Positions 24,701-36,206 of a stretch of DNA of 64,000 bases are shown here, piece after piece; positions within the stretch are counted from its first letter, which is position 1; every line of letters begins with the position of its first letter. This stretch comes from Raillietiella orientalis (Eukaryota). The translations under genes and the position numbers were made by a program. Under the pieces are notes generated by a model that worked only from the letters and a program-made list of their open reading frames with translations, did not search any database and had not been told where the DNA came from. The DNA lies in contig JAYWIR010000006.1 of the NCBI GenBank assembly GCA_036172245.1, positions 4,092,001-4,156,000 on the forward strand, given 5' to 3'.

Positions 24701-27677
24701 AAGACCACTACAAAGCTGTGGGAGGAGATGCTGCAGCACATGTTGCTCCTGTTCGTTCATATCCTGTAAATGCAATGCTTAAAGTTTTGGATATTTTTTA
24801 GAAGATCGATCTTCTCGGGGTGAAGGTTTTCCATGCTATTGATATAGAGGACTTATTCACAGTGGGAACAGCTGTGATTGATTACAGAGGGTTTCGTATC
24901 ACAGCACAGACTATTATTCCAGGAATACTGGAAAAGGAACAAGGGGAGTCGGTTGTTTATGGTTCTTTAGATTTTGGAGGAAAAGTTCTCCCTCATCCCA
25001 AATATGAAGAACTGGTAAGCGTTATTCTGCATGTAGCAGTTAGTTAGTGTTTTGCTTCAGTTGAGTAAAGCAGCAGATTCCCTAAAGATTTTACCCCATC
25101 GTGTGTTGGATGACACAGGAAAGGAAGTAGAATTATACTCTTCAGTGGAATGTAAAGGAATCATTGGCAATGAGGGCAGACATTATATCTTGGATTTAAT
25201 TCGTACATTCCCTCCAGATGTAAATTTTCTCAAGTGTGAGTTCAAATGGCAGCGTCTGTAAGAAAGCAGATGACTTTTCTTTCAGCGTGTTTAAAAGAAG
25301 AGGAGATAAGTTTGGAAGCCAGGAAGTTCGGCTTTCCTGTGGATCATCCTCATAAGCTGTGTTGCTTGCGCCAGGAGTTGATCAACAATTTTGTGGAGTA
25401 AGACTTGAAAGTGTTTGTAATGCATGAATATGTTTTCAGTGCACGCTATTTGCTGTTTATCAAGTGCACAGCTTTTCATCTTCAACAGCTAGGGCTTTCT
25501 GCCAAATTAGTATTACGGTCACCTGATGATTGCCTTTCTGTACATAATGGAGAAGAAAAAGTAACAAACACAATAAATTCCGGGTTGTCTAACATGTTGG
25601 AAATAGAAAAGGTCGAGAGTAACAAGGAAGAAAAGTCACAAGATAATCAGATAGGTGTGTAAAATATTTGATGTAAATGAGAAAACGATTCATGTTCATA
25701 TGTTTCAGCAACTGAGGCAAACGGGGAATTGGTAAAAAAAGCCCTCCAGGCTGTAGGTTCATTAAAAGACAATGAATTCTACTTAGCATTTAATCCTGAT
25801 GCATTCACGGATACAGTTCAGCATCCTGATGTAAATGGACCTGAATTTAAGAAACAGCGTCAGCTGATAAAAGATGCTGCCGATTTTCTGTTGACAGTAC
25901 AAATTCCTGGGTTCATTCGTGATGTCCTGGATCATTTAGTAACCCCACAAGATGGTACAACGTTGACTGAGAGTCTACATAGTCGAGGCATCAATGTGCG
26001 CTATTTGGGCAAGCTAGCTAATTTATTATCCGGCATGCCTCGCTTGAACTACCTACATACCATATGTGTTTGTGAATTGCTTGTGCGTGCCACAAAGCAT
26101 GTCTTTTGCAGATATATGCAGGTTGCTCATCTTGTTCGATATTCAGTCAGAAGTAAATTGACTTTACTTTCAGACAGTGGAAATGAGTTACCTGGCTGCT
26201 GCTGTTAGTCACTTTCTTAATTGTTTGTTATGTTCCTGCCCTGTGCCTGAACCTTCAATGGTTAATGAGGATGTGAGTACGTTCCTGTCATCAATTGGTT
26301 TCAGTATATTTTTAGGACAATAAACTTCGTAAGAAGTCTAGGAAACGTAAGCCATCTCTGCTGAGTCCTGACCGTTATGACTGGGCCTTGCTTCAGCCTG
26401 CGACCCTTTGGCAACAACTAAAGTGCGATTTGAAAGAGCATTTTGATTGGGATCCAGGATGTCAAAGTAGCAACGAAACTTTTCAATTTTTTGGGATACA
26501 GAAAGTGTCGTTTTTAAGGTAACTTAATTGCAAACTTTGGTTTTCCAAGTAGCTTGTGTAGATCCTTTTGCCTGAACACGGGCTTGCAGATTCTTCTTCG
26601 GGAATACAGTTTCGATCGCAACAAAGTTATTTTCCATGAGGATGATATTGTGAACTTATTTCCCATTGTTAGTCATATCAACCCAAAAGCAACTGATGGC
26701 TATCATTTTTATACTTCTGGTCAAGTAAAGATACAACAGGGAAACCTAAAGGAAGGCTATGAGCTAGTCAGTGAAGCACTTAATTTGCTAACCAATGTCT
26801 ATGGTGCCATGCATCCCGACATTGTGGACTGCTTGCGTACACTTGCGAGAGTCAGTTACTGGATGGGTGATCAGATAGAAGCATTAGCATTTCAACAAAA
26901 AGCAGTCCTCATGAGTGAGCGGATCAATGGTATTGATCATCCCTCTACCATCACAGAATATGTGAGTTAGAATTTGGTATCTGATGTAGTTTTGCTTTGC
27001 AGACACATCTGGCTTTGTACTGTTTTGCTAACAGCCAAGTGAGTGTGGCTCTCAAGCTCTTATACCGCGCTCGGTACTTGGCATTATTGGTTCATGGAGA
27101 AATACATCCAGAAGTAGCTCTTCTTGATGTAAGTTTGTTGAAAAAGGCAAACTGTAAATGTTTATGTTTTAGACTAACATTGGACTGATATTACATGCTG
27201 TAGCAGAATATGATCTTTCATTGCGCTTTCTAGAAAAAGCTCTAGAATTGAATATCCAGTTTTACGGAGAGCTGCACCTGAAGGTTGCTATCAGTTATCA
27301 CCTGGTAGCCCGCACTCAATCTTGCCTCAGCGATTTTCGGACAGCATTGCAAAATGAAAAAGAAGCTTATCAAATATACAAGAAGCTGGTAAGTGCATTT
27401 TAGTGCAGAGAAGTCTTCCAGGATTCAATTGCAGTTGGGAGAAGAGCATGAAAAAACTAAAGAGTCCTCCAGCTGCCTACTTCATCTGACACAACAGGCT
27501 GTGCTGCTTCAAAAGAAGATGAATGAACTGTGTACAGGGAAGAGAGGTGCAGCGTTTCCTCCAGTCCATGTTGAACCTCCTCCCTTCAATTCAGTACTAG
27601 AGATGCTCAGTGTCATTAATGGAATTGTGCTTATCCGATCAATGGACCGACCTCGTGACAGTGCTGATACCAGTTGA
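18794..27677 (+). CDS. CLUH: Clustered mitochondria protein (clueless/CLUH), about 19 exons
   Basis: Exon 18794-19069 (…[10 protein letters not shown]), 4.2-kb intron, exon 23323-23484 ([29 protein letters not shown]), then micro-intron-separated exons with [106 protein letters not shown] and C-terminal TPRs ([20 protein letters not shown]). Stop at 27675-27677. Confidence 0.95.
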
Positions 27678-27830
27678 TTTTAACGTTTGTTTTCGTAGTC
27701 TGGAGTAGGCGTCCTTTGGCGCTTTTGTGGTTGATGGTGACTGCTCAAGAAACGCCTAGTCAGGGCGCATCATGAGAGCCCTGTCTCTCTTTAGTGCCAA
27801 TATAACCAATTTGATAAACCCTTCAAGAAT

Positions 27831-29482
27831 TCATTCTACGTCTTTTATTGGTGCTAGCAGATAGTTTTTTAGGAATTGAAGTAATTGATGCATTATGTCT
27901 CTGTCACCTTTTCCTTCCAACCATTCCAACTGTAACCCATCTGGGGTGAAAGTCAATAAACACACAAGCAAGGGAGAATCTATCACATAATCTTTGACAT
28001 GTTTTTCTGTGGATTCAGGAGTGACATCGTGTTCTTTGGATTCAGAAATGACATCAGGAAATTCAGAAATACATGATTCATCTTCTGGTGCAGTTGACAC
28101 ATTTGCAACTGTTGCTTCAGGTTCTACTTTCATTGTTTTGGCTGTTGAGATTGAACCATCCATGTCGGTGGCTTTTGTCATTTGCTGACGGCGCTTTCGA
28201 CGTTGGTGTAGCCATGTATGCTTGGTTGCTTCCAAATGCCAGACTTGTGGCCAACCTCCTCCACATCTACTTTCAACTTTTATTTCCAAGTCTTGCAGTA
28301 TTCTGAGGATTCTACTAGTCAAGTCATTCTTATCAACAGATGATGGAAACATTAAATGCATGCACTTGGGTTTACTTCTGGGTGGTTTCAATTTTGGAGG
28401 GAGTTCACATTTTTGATCCCAAGTCCAACAAATCACCCAACGTGTAGTTCTTCCCTGTCTGAAGGCATCCCAAGTAAACTGAGCAGCACACTTCTTCAAG
28501 AATGAAATAATTGCAGGAATGCTCTTCTTTTGACCAACTAAGCTGGTGAAGATGCTGATGGACTATTAGTATCAAGTTGAAAATATGTACAACCAAATAC
28601 CAGAAGCGATGTTTACATCTCTGACTCTCTTCAATCATGTCACAAATGAACTGTATTTCACCTCCTGTAGTCACTTTTTCTTCAACTGATCCAGTTGATG
28701 AACTATGAGGAGCAGGGCGAAGTTCAGTACGATTTTTACTAAGTGAATCAAGCTCTTTCTCATGCTGGAAAAAGGGTGGATTGCACATACTAAAAGTAAA
28801 AATTACTTCAGCAGATACTGATTTAAGGGCTTCTTCAAAAATACTATCCCCATTTACTTGAAGAACTAAAATAACGTAACTAAACAGTTGAAAAGCATGA
28901 TTAAAGTCTGAAATACCTTTTATGTGTTCAGATAAACCATTTTTTTCAACATTCAGCTTTGCCATTTGAAATGATTGTGCATCTTTTTCAGTAGCAACAA
29001 ACTTCCATTTATGCTGACAATGTGCTAACAAAGGGTAAATACAGCATGCACCAGTACCTAATAAGAAAATTGGTAGTATTCATTACATACCTAATCAATG
29101 GAATACAGGTAATGCATGTGATTAGAACGTACCAATATCCAAACCAAGAATCGGGTCATTAATGTTTAAAATTTTAATGAGATCCTCCAGCCACAGGATA
29201 TAATTCAATCGAGAGGGTAAAGTTGGTACAAGTCTATTATTAGGAATATCGACTTGTAATTTGAAATCACGGTCCAGCAGGCACTTTGTAAGAATACGCA
29301 GCACCTCAGCATCTTTGTAATCAATCTTTACTTTACCACTGGCAACCTGGAAGAGTTTGTTTTACAAATATTCTGGCACCTCATCGTGACATTACCTGTC
29401 TAGCAATGGCTCTAAACTCGGGATATTCCTCAGCGATTTTCAGAAAATCTGGTGGATTTCTGTAAATATTTCTTGGATGCAT
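27831..29482 (-). CDS. METTL16: RNA N6-adenosine methyltransferase METTL16 (U6 snRNA m6A), 5 exons, about 476 aa
   Basis: Exons 29482-29396, 29346-29133, 29057-28917, 28865-28601, 28554-27831 (1431 nt, in frame). Motifs MHPRNIY, RLVPTLPSRLNYILWLEDL, SAM-binding LDIGTGACCIYPLL, catalytic MCNPPFF, QGRTTRWVICW, Arg-rich TWLHQRRKRRQ, and a KA1-like C-terminus (MHQLLQFLKN). Confidence 0.95.
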
Positions 29483-32400
29483 ATCTTGAACTTCTTGAAT
29501 TGGAAAAACGGTATTATTCTAATCTTATTCGGATTACAAACTTGCAAAAACCGGTTCGCAATGCTGAAAGAATATTATTATGAAGTCATAACAAAGGCCT
29601 AAAATAAATTGTGATCCATGAACTAAACAGTTACAAATGGTTCAAACCATACATTGATACGTGCCCTAATTTTTGAATGCGGTTATCACTCTCCTGCTTC
29701 AGACCTTGCATAAGTTTATTGTGGCTCACATTTCCCTGTAAGCTTTGCTTACTGAAAACGGCGTCTGGTCAAAACCTTCCCTTTGGTTTAAACCACAGAA
29801 TGATTAAAATGGCGCAAAGCACGGCGGGCCGAACCAGTCTGCGCACAGAACAAAAGGGCGTTATTTCCAAAGAGCTTTCAAAATCAATTACTCACACGCT
29901 TGCATGCATACACACTGAATGGGCAAAAATAATTGGTATCGATTTTTATTTATTTTTTTGATCTAGATTCTTAGGTAAATACGTTTCCACCGCGAGCACT
30001 CTGGCCCTTCTTAGTCCACTCCCATCGCCGCCTGGAGCATACGTCCTGCGCCCTCGACTGTACTCTCGGCCAGAGATCCCAACATTCGCAGTTGTGGAGA
30101 TGCAGAGGTGCTATCACCGACGTTATCCACATTATCTTTCAAAAGGATCATAACTCTCAAGAAATCAACACTGTAATTCAGGTGTTGCGTGGAATTCCAT
30201 ACAAACGGCTTCGCAGATCCTGGAGATCCACTGGGAGTGCACAGGGAATGTTTACAGAACCTTTCATCTGCAGGTGCCACTGATGGAGATGATTAGGGAG
30301 TACATTTCTGGTTCACAGTCACATTTGGACAACTTGAACGAAGAGAGTCATTTGTTAAACTGATCTTCGAAGAATCCCTACATATAGTCAATTTTGTTTG
30401 ATGCATAGTGTAGATAATCCGTATCAGTTAATCATAACTACACTCAGTATTGATCTTTTTTGGGGGAGGGGGGGGGGTAGCTTTACGCTGGAGATTATTG
30501 GAGATTATGTAAGAGACCTTAGGTGCTTCACTATTTATGAATCATTAGCAAACAGAATACTAAACTGAACTGGAAAGTTTCAGACTAACTTTTTTGATCC
30601 CATTTGCAATCTGTCTAAGCAATTCATTTAATACGCTCATTTTCAAATCTCATTGTTCCAGTGCATTTATTGCGTTTCAAAACCTATTAATAGCAAAATT
30701 TTCGAATCACTGATATCCCATAAAAATAATGAGAAACTAGTAAACAATGCTAATTTCATAGCTTTCAATGATGTCCTATTGATTAGTAACATTTCTACAT
30801 TTTTTAGGATTGACGTAAGGTCACATAAAAGCATAGTTCTCGTAATGCAGAATTCCAGAAATAACAAAGATCTTGGAATTCAAAAACGAATGATTTTCTA
30901 TAATTCCTGCGCAATCAATTTTAGTATGGAAACAACTGTATGGTGTTTTGGAGGATGTACGGTGTAATCCGAGAAAGCAGCAATCCTTGAGCGGTCTCCA
31001 CGACTATCTGATGAAACCTGTTTCAAAAGAATATGCTTTTCAGATCGCTACCAGGAAAGATCCATTTTTACAAGTTCATTGATCAATTTAGGGAAAAGGA
31101 ATAAGTTTCTATAAAAAATACTGATTTTTCGATGTCAACGACTTCCTTCGGAGCACAATGGTACACTGGAAAGTGACATGTATACCTTACTCTTCTGAAT
31201 GTTAGAAAAAAAATGTGCAGCTACCTGGATTAGCGTGTGTGGCAACAGTGAACTTTTGGATTTCAAGAAAAATGCAAAAGTGATCACTGTCATGTCGATA
31301 ACTATTTAATAATTGAAACACGCATTGTATGGAAAATTAAACAAATGATTGTCCGTTACTTAAAGTAATGAATATCCATTGATGATTGAGAAATGAGGAC
31401 AAAAAAATCTACACCTTTGAGATTGAAAGAGATTGAAACTTTCCTTTACATCACTGTTACAATGTCAGAATTCCCCACAGCGTTGTATGAATAAACTTCC
31501 GTTTGCTGTACACAACTGAACAAGAACATTGATGCCAGAGCATTCTGTCTGTTGAGAAGATTATGTCTTATCATGACGAATAAGCATTCATGTCTACGGT
31601 CATTCATGACAGCTTCGCAATTCTTCTTTGGGAAGGTACTGTTGCATGAACTCTAATTTCAAGAGATCTGTCGAAGTTCCCATCGAAAGTTATAGGTGGA
31701 AGTAAAATGCTTGCCTCGACCTGGTGAATATTCATTCATTTTATTGTCACTTACTCCTTAACTGGAGGATTATTCATTTTTCTCAGTTCACTTCGATACA
31801 CAGCTAGGTAATATTATCTCGAAATCGAATATACTATGTAATTATTGAGCCTACAGTTGCATAACAGCTATCCACGATGAGGAGAAACTGAAAAAACATT
31901 AACAGCTACGGAACTCATTTGAAGTTATAGCTTCCCACAATGGAGTCAGAATTCCTATGACGCGTGTCACATCTATCCGATCAATATAGATGTATATCAA
32001 AAATTATAGATTAGAGGCAAAAAAAACACAAATTTCAATTGTTTTGAAAGATCTTAAAGAAATCATAGACATCAGGAACAGACATTCAAAAGCTGAATGC
32101 TGAAGACTTTTGAATCATGCCTTTCTTCCCTATTACAGGGTATTCTCTCCCGTTCTTCTCCGATGCCTTTCTACTTTTCTGTCCAACATTTACCATCGTT
32201 CTCAGTAAATGGAAAATGGCGCTATTTACGAATCACAAATAGAATAAGCAGCAAAAAATTGAAAAAATCAGACAAAGTATGCGTGTTCTGTTTCTATCTC
32301 CTTTTCTTAACAATCATCAAGTTCCATTCACAGCTTTCCCGAGATCTTACAGGTTTCAGGGATTCCCTGGAGCAGGAGGGATCGCTTTGCCTATACGGGG

Positions 32401-33100
32401 TGCCTCTTCCCAGAACGGAGCGAGTGGAGCCGCTCCTCCGTTGGTCTGCAGGGACCCGGAGCGACCGACGCATCGTGGTCTGCACCGACTGCCCTAATTC
32501 CGCGCCACCTGCCTCCCCATGCTGCTGCCGTTTAGGAAGGCGATCCTTACTGAGGGGCGGTCATCAAGGAGGGGTCCGGCACTCCGATAAGAGGTCAGCT
32601 CAGTGCGTTCGACTTGCAGCGGATGTTGTCCGCGGAGCTGGCTGTGCTGCGTGAGCTGAACCGGAGAGACCGACAGAGGAATGCGGGGACGCAGCATCGG
32701 ACAGAATGACTCCCCAGACGCGTCTGCCTTCGCATCCGCGGCGGGAGGTCACGCACGCTGTCGGGACGCTTCGAAAGTCCAGGATGAGGGGCACCCGAAA
32801 CGCTGAAAGCGCACCGCGTCGAGTGGGAGCGGCAGCGCGGACCATCGGCTCAAGAAGAACTGCGACCGCGATGTGAAATCCGCTTCCGGTACTGGGGCCA
32901 CAAGTGGGTCGCTGACACTTCCGGGAAGGGAAGAGGAGGCACGGGAGAGCAACCGGACTGACCACATGTGTCTGCAGGAACCACGCAACGGAATGCGCGC
33001 GAGCAACACGCACTGATTGCACGCACCATCCCCAAGTGCTCTTGCACAATTCTGTCAGTTCAAACTATGGCGTGATGAAAAGACAACGGAATTATTTTAA

Positions 33101-34950
33101 CCCTTCGCACCCCAAGCGATTGTCGACACGACCTACCATGAAGTCCAGCACACTTCCACAATCAAAAATTTGAGAAGTAATGGTTTTGCTTTGATAAGAA
33201 AAAATTATACATGTTCATAATTTCATTTACACTTTTGCTTTGAATTTATTTATTCTGTTACTAAGTTTCATCTTAATAGAAATGAAACTTCAATTTTGGT
33301 TTTAAAATCCTTTTTTGCGTGGTACCTTTCGAAGCAATCTCCCACGTGCGTTCTGGGCTTTTTGGGACAAGTGTAGCAGTATTCAGTCGTTTGGCGTCTC
33401 CCAGTCTTTTTCTCTCTGTCGGAACACACAAAGGCGTCCCTTTTTTTTTTTTTTTCTACCTCTTCTCATTACATGCAGTTTTCCATCTAACCCGATGCCA
33501 GAAGTGGTTGTTGGTGCTCTTGCTCTCTCCTGGCGAAAATTTCCTACAAGTTGATCTCCTAAGACTTTAACTCATTTCAGGTGCGTTGATGGTGTTTTTT
33601 TCTGGCTTTGTTCGACGGCTTTGTAGAGAATATATGAACTGATGGCACACATTTCCATTCTCCAAAAGAAAAACTCACGCCATCATCCGAGGGATTTTCT
33701 AAAGAAGCAACAGGATGACGCCTATTGATCTGCCCGATCAACCCCAACCATGGAAGCTGCATAGCTGAGAAACCACATCGGGTTCTTCAATCGTTGCCTC
33801 TGCTCCTCCTCGATCGATTTTTTTTGTAGGTGTCTTCTTAGCATTGCGACAGTTACTCAATAGAGTTACAGTTCTCCTGTCTTTCCAAGACAAGAGCTTT
33901 GTATTTTTCTTTTTGTATGCCACAGCCTTTTTTTGAGAAAACTTTGGTTTCCTTATTACAGTTGGTACATTTTTTCTGCTTGGGTTCATAGCAACAGTTA
34001 AGTGGCTTTTCGGTTTTAGTAGTTCATCAGCTAAGACTACATTGGCGTAATACCTATCTCTATGAAGATGGTATCCTTGTGCAGTAGGAATTCGATCCAG
34101 TAATTCCTTATATAAATGTAAAGGTATTCTTGTGGTAACTGTTAAATTTGGTAGTGGAAGAGTTTCTGGAGTGATACTGCCATAATATGGAAGAATACTA
34201 TAAGCGTATTCGGTTCTCGAATCTGCTAAAACATAAAGTCGAATGCCCAACATCTTCCGTTTATTGGGGTTGTATGTAATAAAACATTTTTTCCCTTGGG
34301 ATTTCACTACGGATTCATCGAGGCAGGTGTTTCCTCCTGGCATGAATGCTTTGAAAATTTGCCACTTGTATATTGTAAAAAATTGCCTACTCGTTGAACA
34401 TGAGCTCTCATATCTTCACTTCTGAGTTCGGGTGTTTTTAAATGTAACATCCAGAATACCTGATTAAACCTTCTTCTTGTGAAGATTTCTGCATAAAATG
34501 GGATTTCACTATTACGTTTTCTCGACCGATATTCCTGTAAGTTGGCATCCATTATTGTCCTTATATAGAGGACAACTCCAACGAAGGCCAAGAATTCTTC
34601 TTTTGGGACATCTTGCCATGTCTTCCAAACCGAAAACTTCGTCAGGTGTTTCTCTGCGATTATTCTTTTGGCAAAACTGTTGGTTTCTTCTTCGAGGATC
34701 CCCTTGACAATCTCTTCTGTGAAAAACAACTAGAAATATTCTTTTGGTTCCACCATATTAGATGCAATCTGTGGTCCAGTGACCCTGGGCGATACTGTGA
34801 AATGAATCCTTTTTGGAATCCCTTTGCTATCCGTTATACATCGGCCCATTCATCTTCTCCGAAAGAGTTTTCACTCTCAATAATTCCGACTCTTCGTCGC
34901 CGTTTCACAATAATTTCGCCATCAGTAGAACGACTTCCAGAATCGTAATC
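33101..34950 (-). mobile_element. piggyBac DNA transposon, inactive, 5' end not found
   Basis: TTAA at 33097-33100 is followed directly by CCCTTCGCAC, matching the piggyBac target site plus CCCT terminus, about 200 bp downstream of the transposase remnant. No matching AGGG-TTAA was seen on the other side, where the element ends in an AT-rich tract at about 34950-35170. Confidence 0.82.
33300..34930 (-). pseudogene. piggyBac (PGBD4-like) transposase pseudogene
   Basis: Frameshifted pieces: FFTEEIV…ETNSFA, FTRRRFNQVFWMLHL, CLDES (first Asp), YVLADSRTEY, DRYY (second Asp), WKDRRTVTLLS, MVGVDRADQ* (third Asp, premature stop), and Cys-rich C-terminus RLDGKLH…CSDR…CYTCPKKP..HVGDCFERYH. Confidence 0.92.
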
Positions 34951-35228
34951 ACATTATTACTATACATTAATTTTATATTGTTAATATGTATGTTCATTAT
35001 ATATTAAGATATATTCACAACATGTCAACATATGTGTATTATATATTAATATATACAATAAACATGTGCATTCAATGTTAATATAAAATATTTATATAAA
35101 ATACATGTATACACATATGTGATTAATAAAGTACATATTATGAATCATATATGTGTATGTGATATGCATGTTTATTTATTTTTGTTGACCTTTCGAGATT
35201 TCGACATTGAGGATTTTGATCAGCATCG

Positions 35229-36206
35229 CAAGTCCACGATTCAGATAGTCTAATGTGGTGACTTCTGCAATGCAGACCTACGTTCCATAAACACAGCTCT
35301 TATCCCAAAGAGTACCCCACTTGGAAAAGGGAGGAAACTTTGAGGCCGTGTTGCGTCAAGGGCATTCATTAGTCCCCGTCGGAGGCCGTGTGGTTACGGT
35401 GGTTTCCACGCTGACGCTGGTTGGCCTGCATTCCGGTGCGACACTGGTATCGGTTGAACCCGGCTGTCCCCGATGAGGGCCGGGACAAATGGCAGTCGAC
35501 CTCGGGGTCCTTCCAGGAATCACGGAGTGGGAGCTCTCCTCCGGTTGTGAAGGAGCGGACCTCCATTCCGGGGGGGACCCCTCCGCACCGGACTGATGGA
35601 GTAGATGTGTCGCCACCACCTCTCCAGAGAGTGCAGCGAAGCGAGCCCGATCCCTTCGGGGAAGCTGCGTCCTTCTGAATTCGGTAGCGTCCCCTCTGGA
35701 TTCTCTTCAGAGGAGTAAAAGGAGTAGCGGATTCCCCTTGCGAGGGATCCCTCCGGAGAAGAAATTTCTAGGATCGGATCCTTTCCGGGTTCCCTTCAGA
35801 GAAGAAAGAATGGTGAGGACCCCCGGGGATCCTCCGGAGAGAATAAGGAAGGAGATTCCCTTCTGGATTCCACTTCGGAGACAACGAGGGTGGAGGTGAT
35901 CTCCATTTCCGGGGATCCCTCCCCAGGCGTGAGAGGAATGGACCCGGAATCATAGTCCTTCCTAGATTCATAGGGCTCTTCCTCCCGGGATACCCCCTAT
36001 CTTGAAGAATTATCCACCCTCGGGTGGCGCGGAACCATGTCGAAGAACTGCGAAGACAGAAAAGAAGGATTTCCATCATCCACCTTCATCCACAAGTCCA
36101 TGATTCAAATTGTCTAACGTGGTAACTTCTGCAATGCAGACCTACGTTCCACAAAACAGCTCCTATCCCATATAGTATCCCACTGGGAAAAGGGAGGAAA
36201 CGTTGA
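35229..36206. mobile_element. Unclassified element of about 980 bp bounded by direct repeats of about 115 bp
   Basis: Direct repeats 35229-35343 and 36093-36206 differ at roughly 13 positions by manual count. The GC-rich interior has a homologue at 15660-15935. Confidence 0.6.

Noticed and set aside
30011..30420. Short ORFs upstream of METTL16
   Set aside because: No recognisable family and no consistent splice structure.
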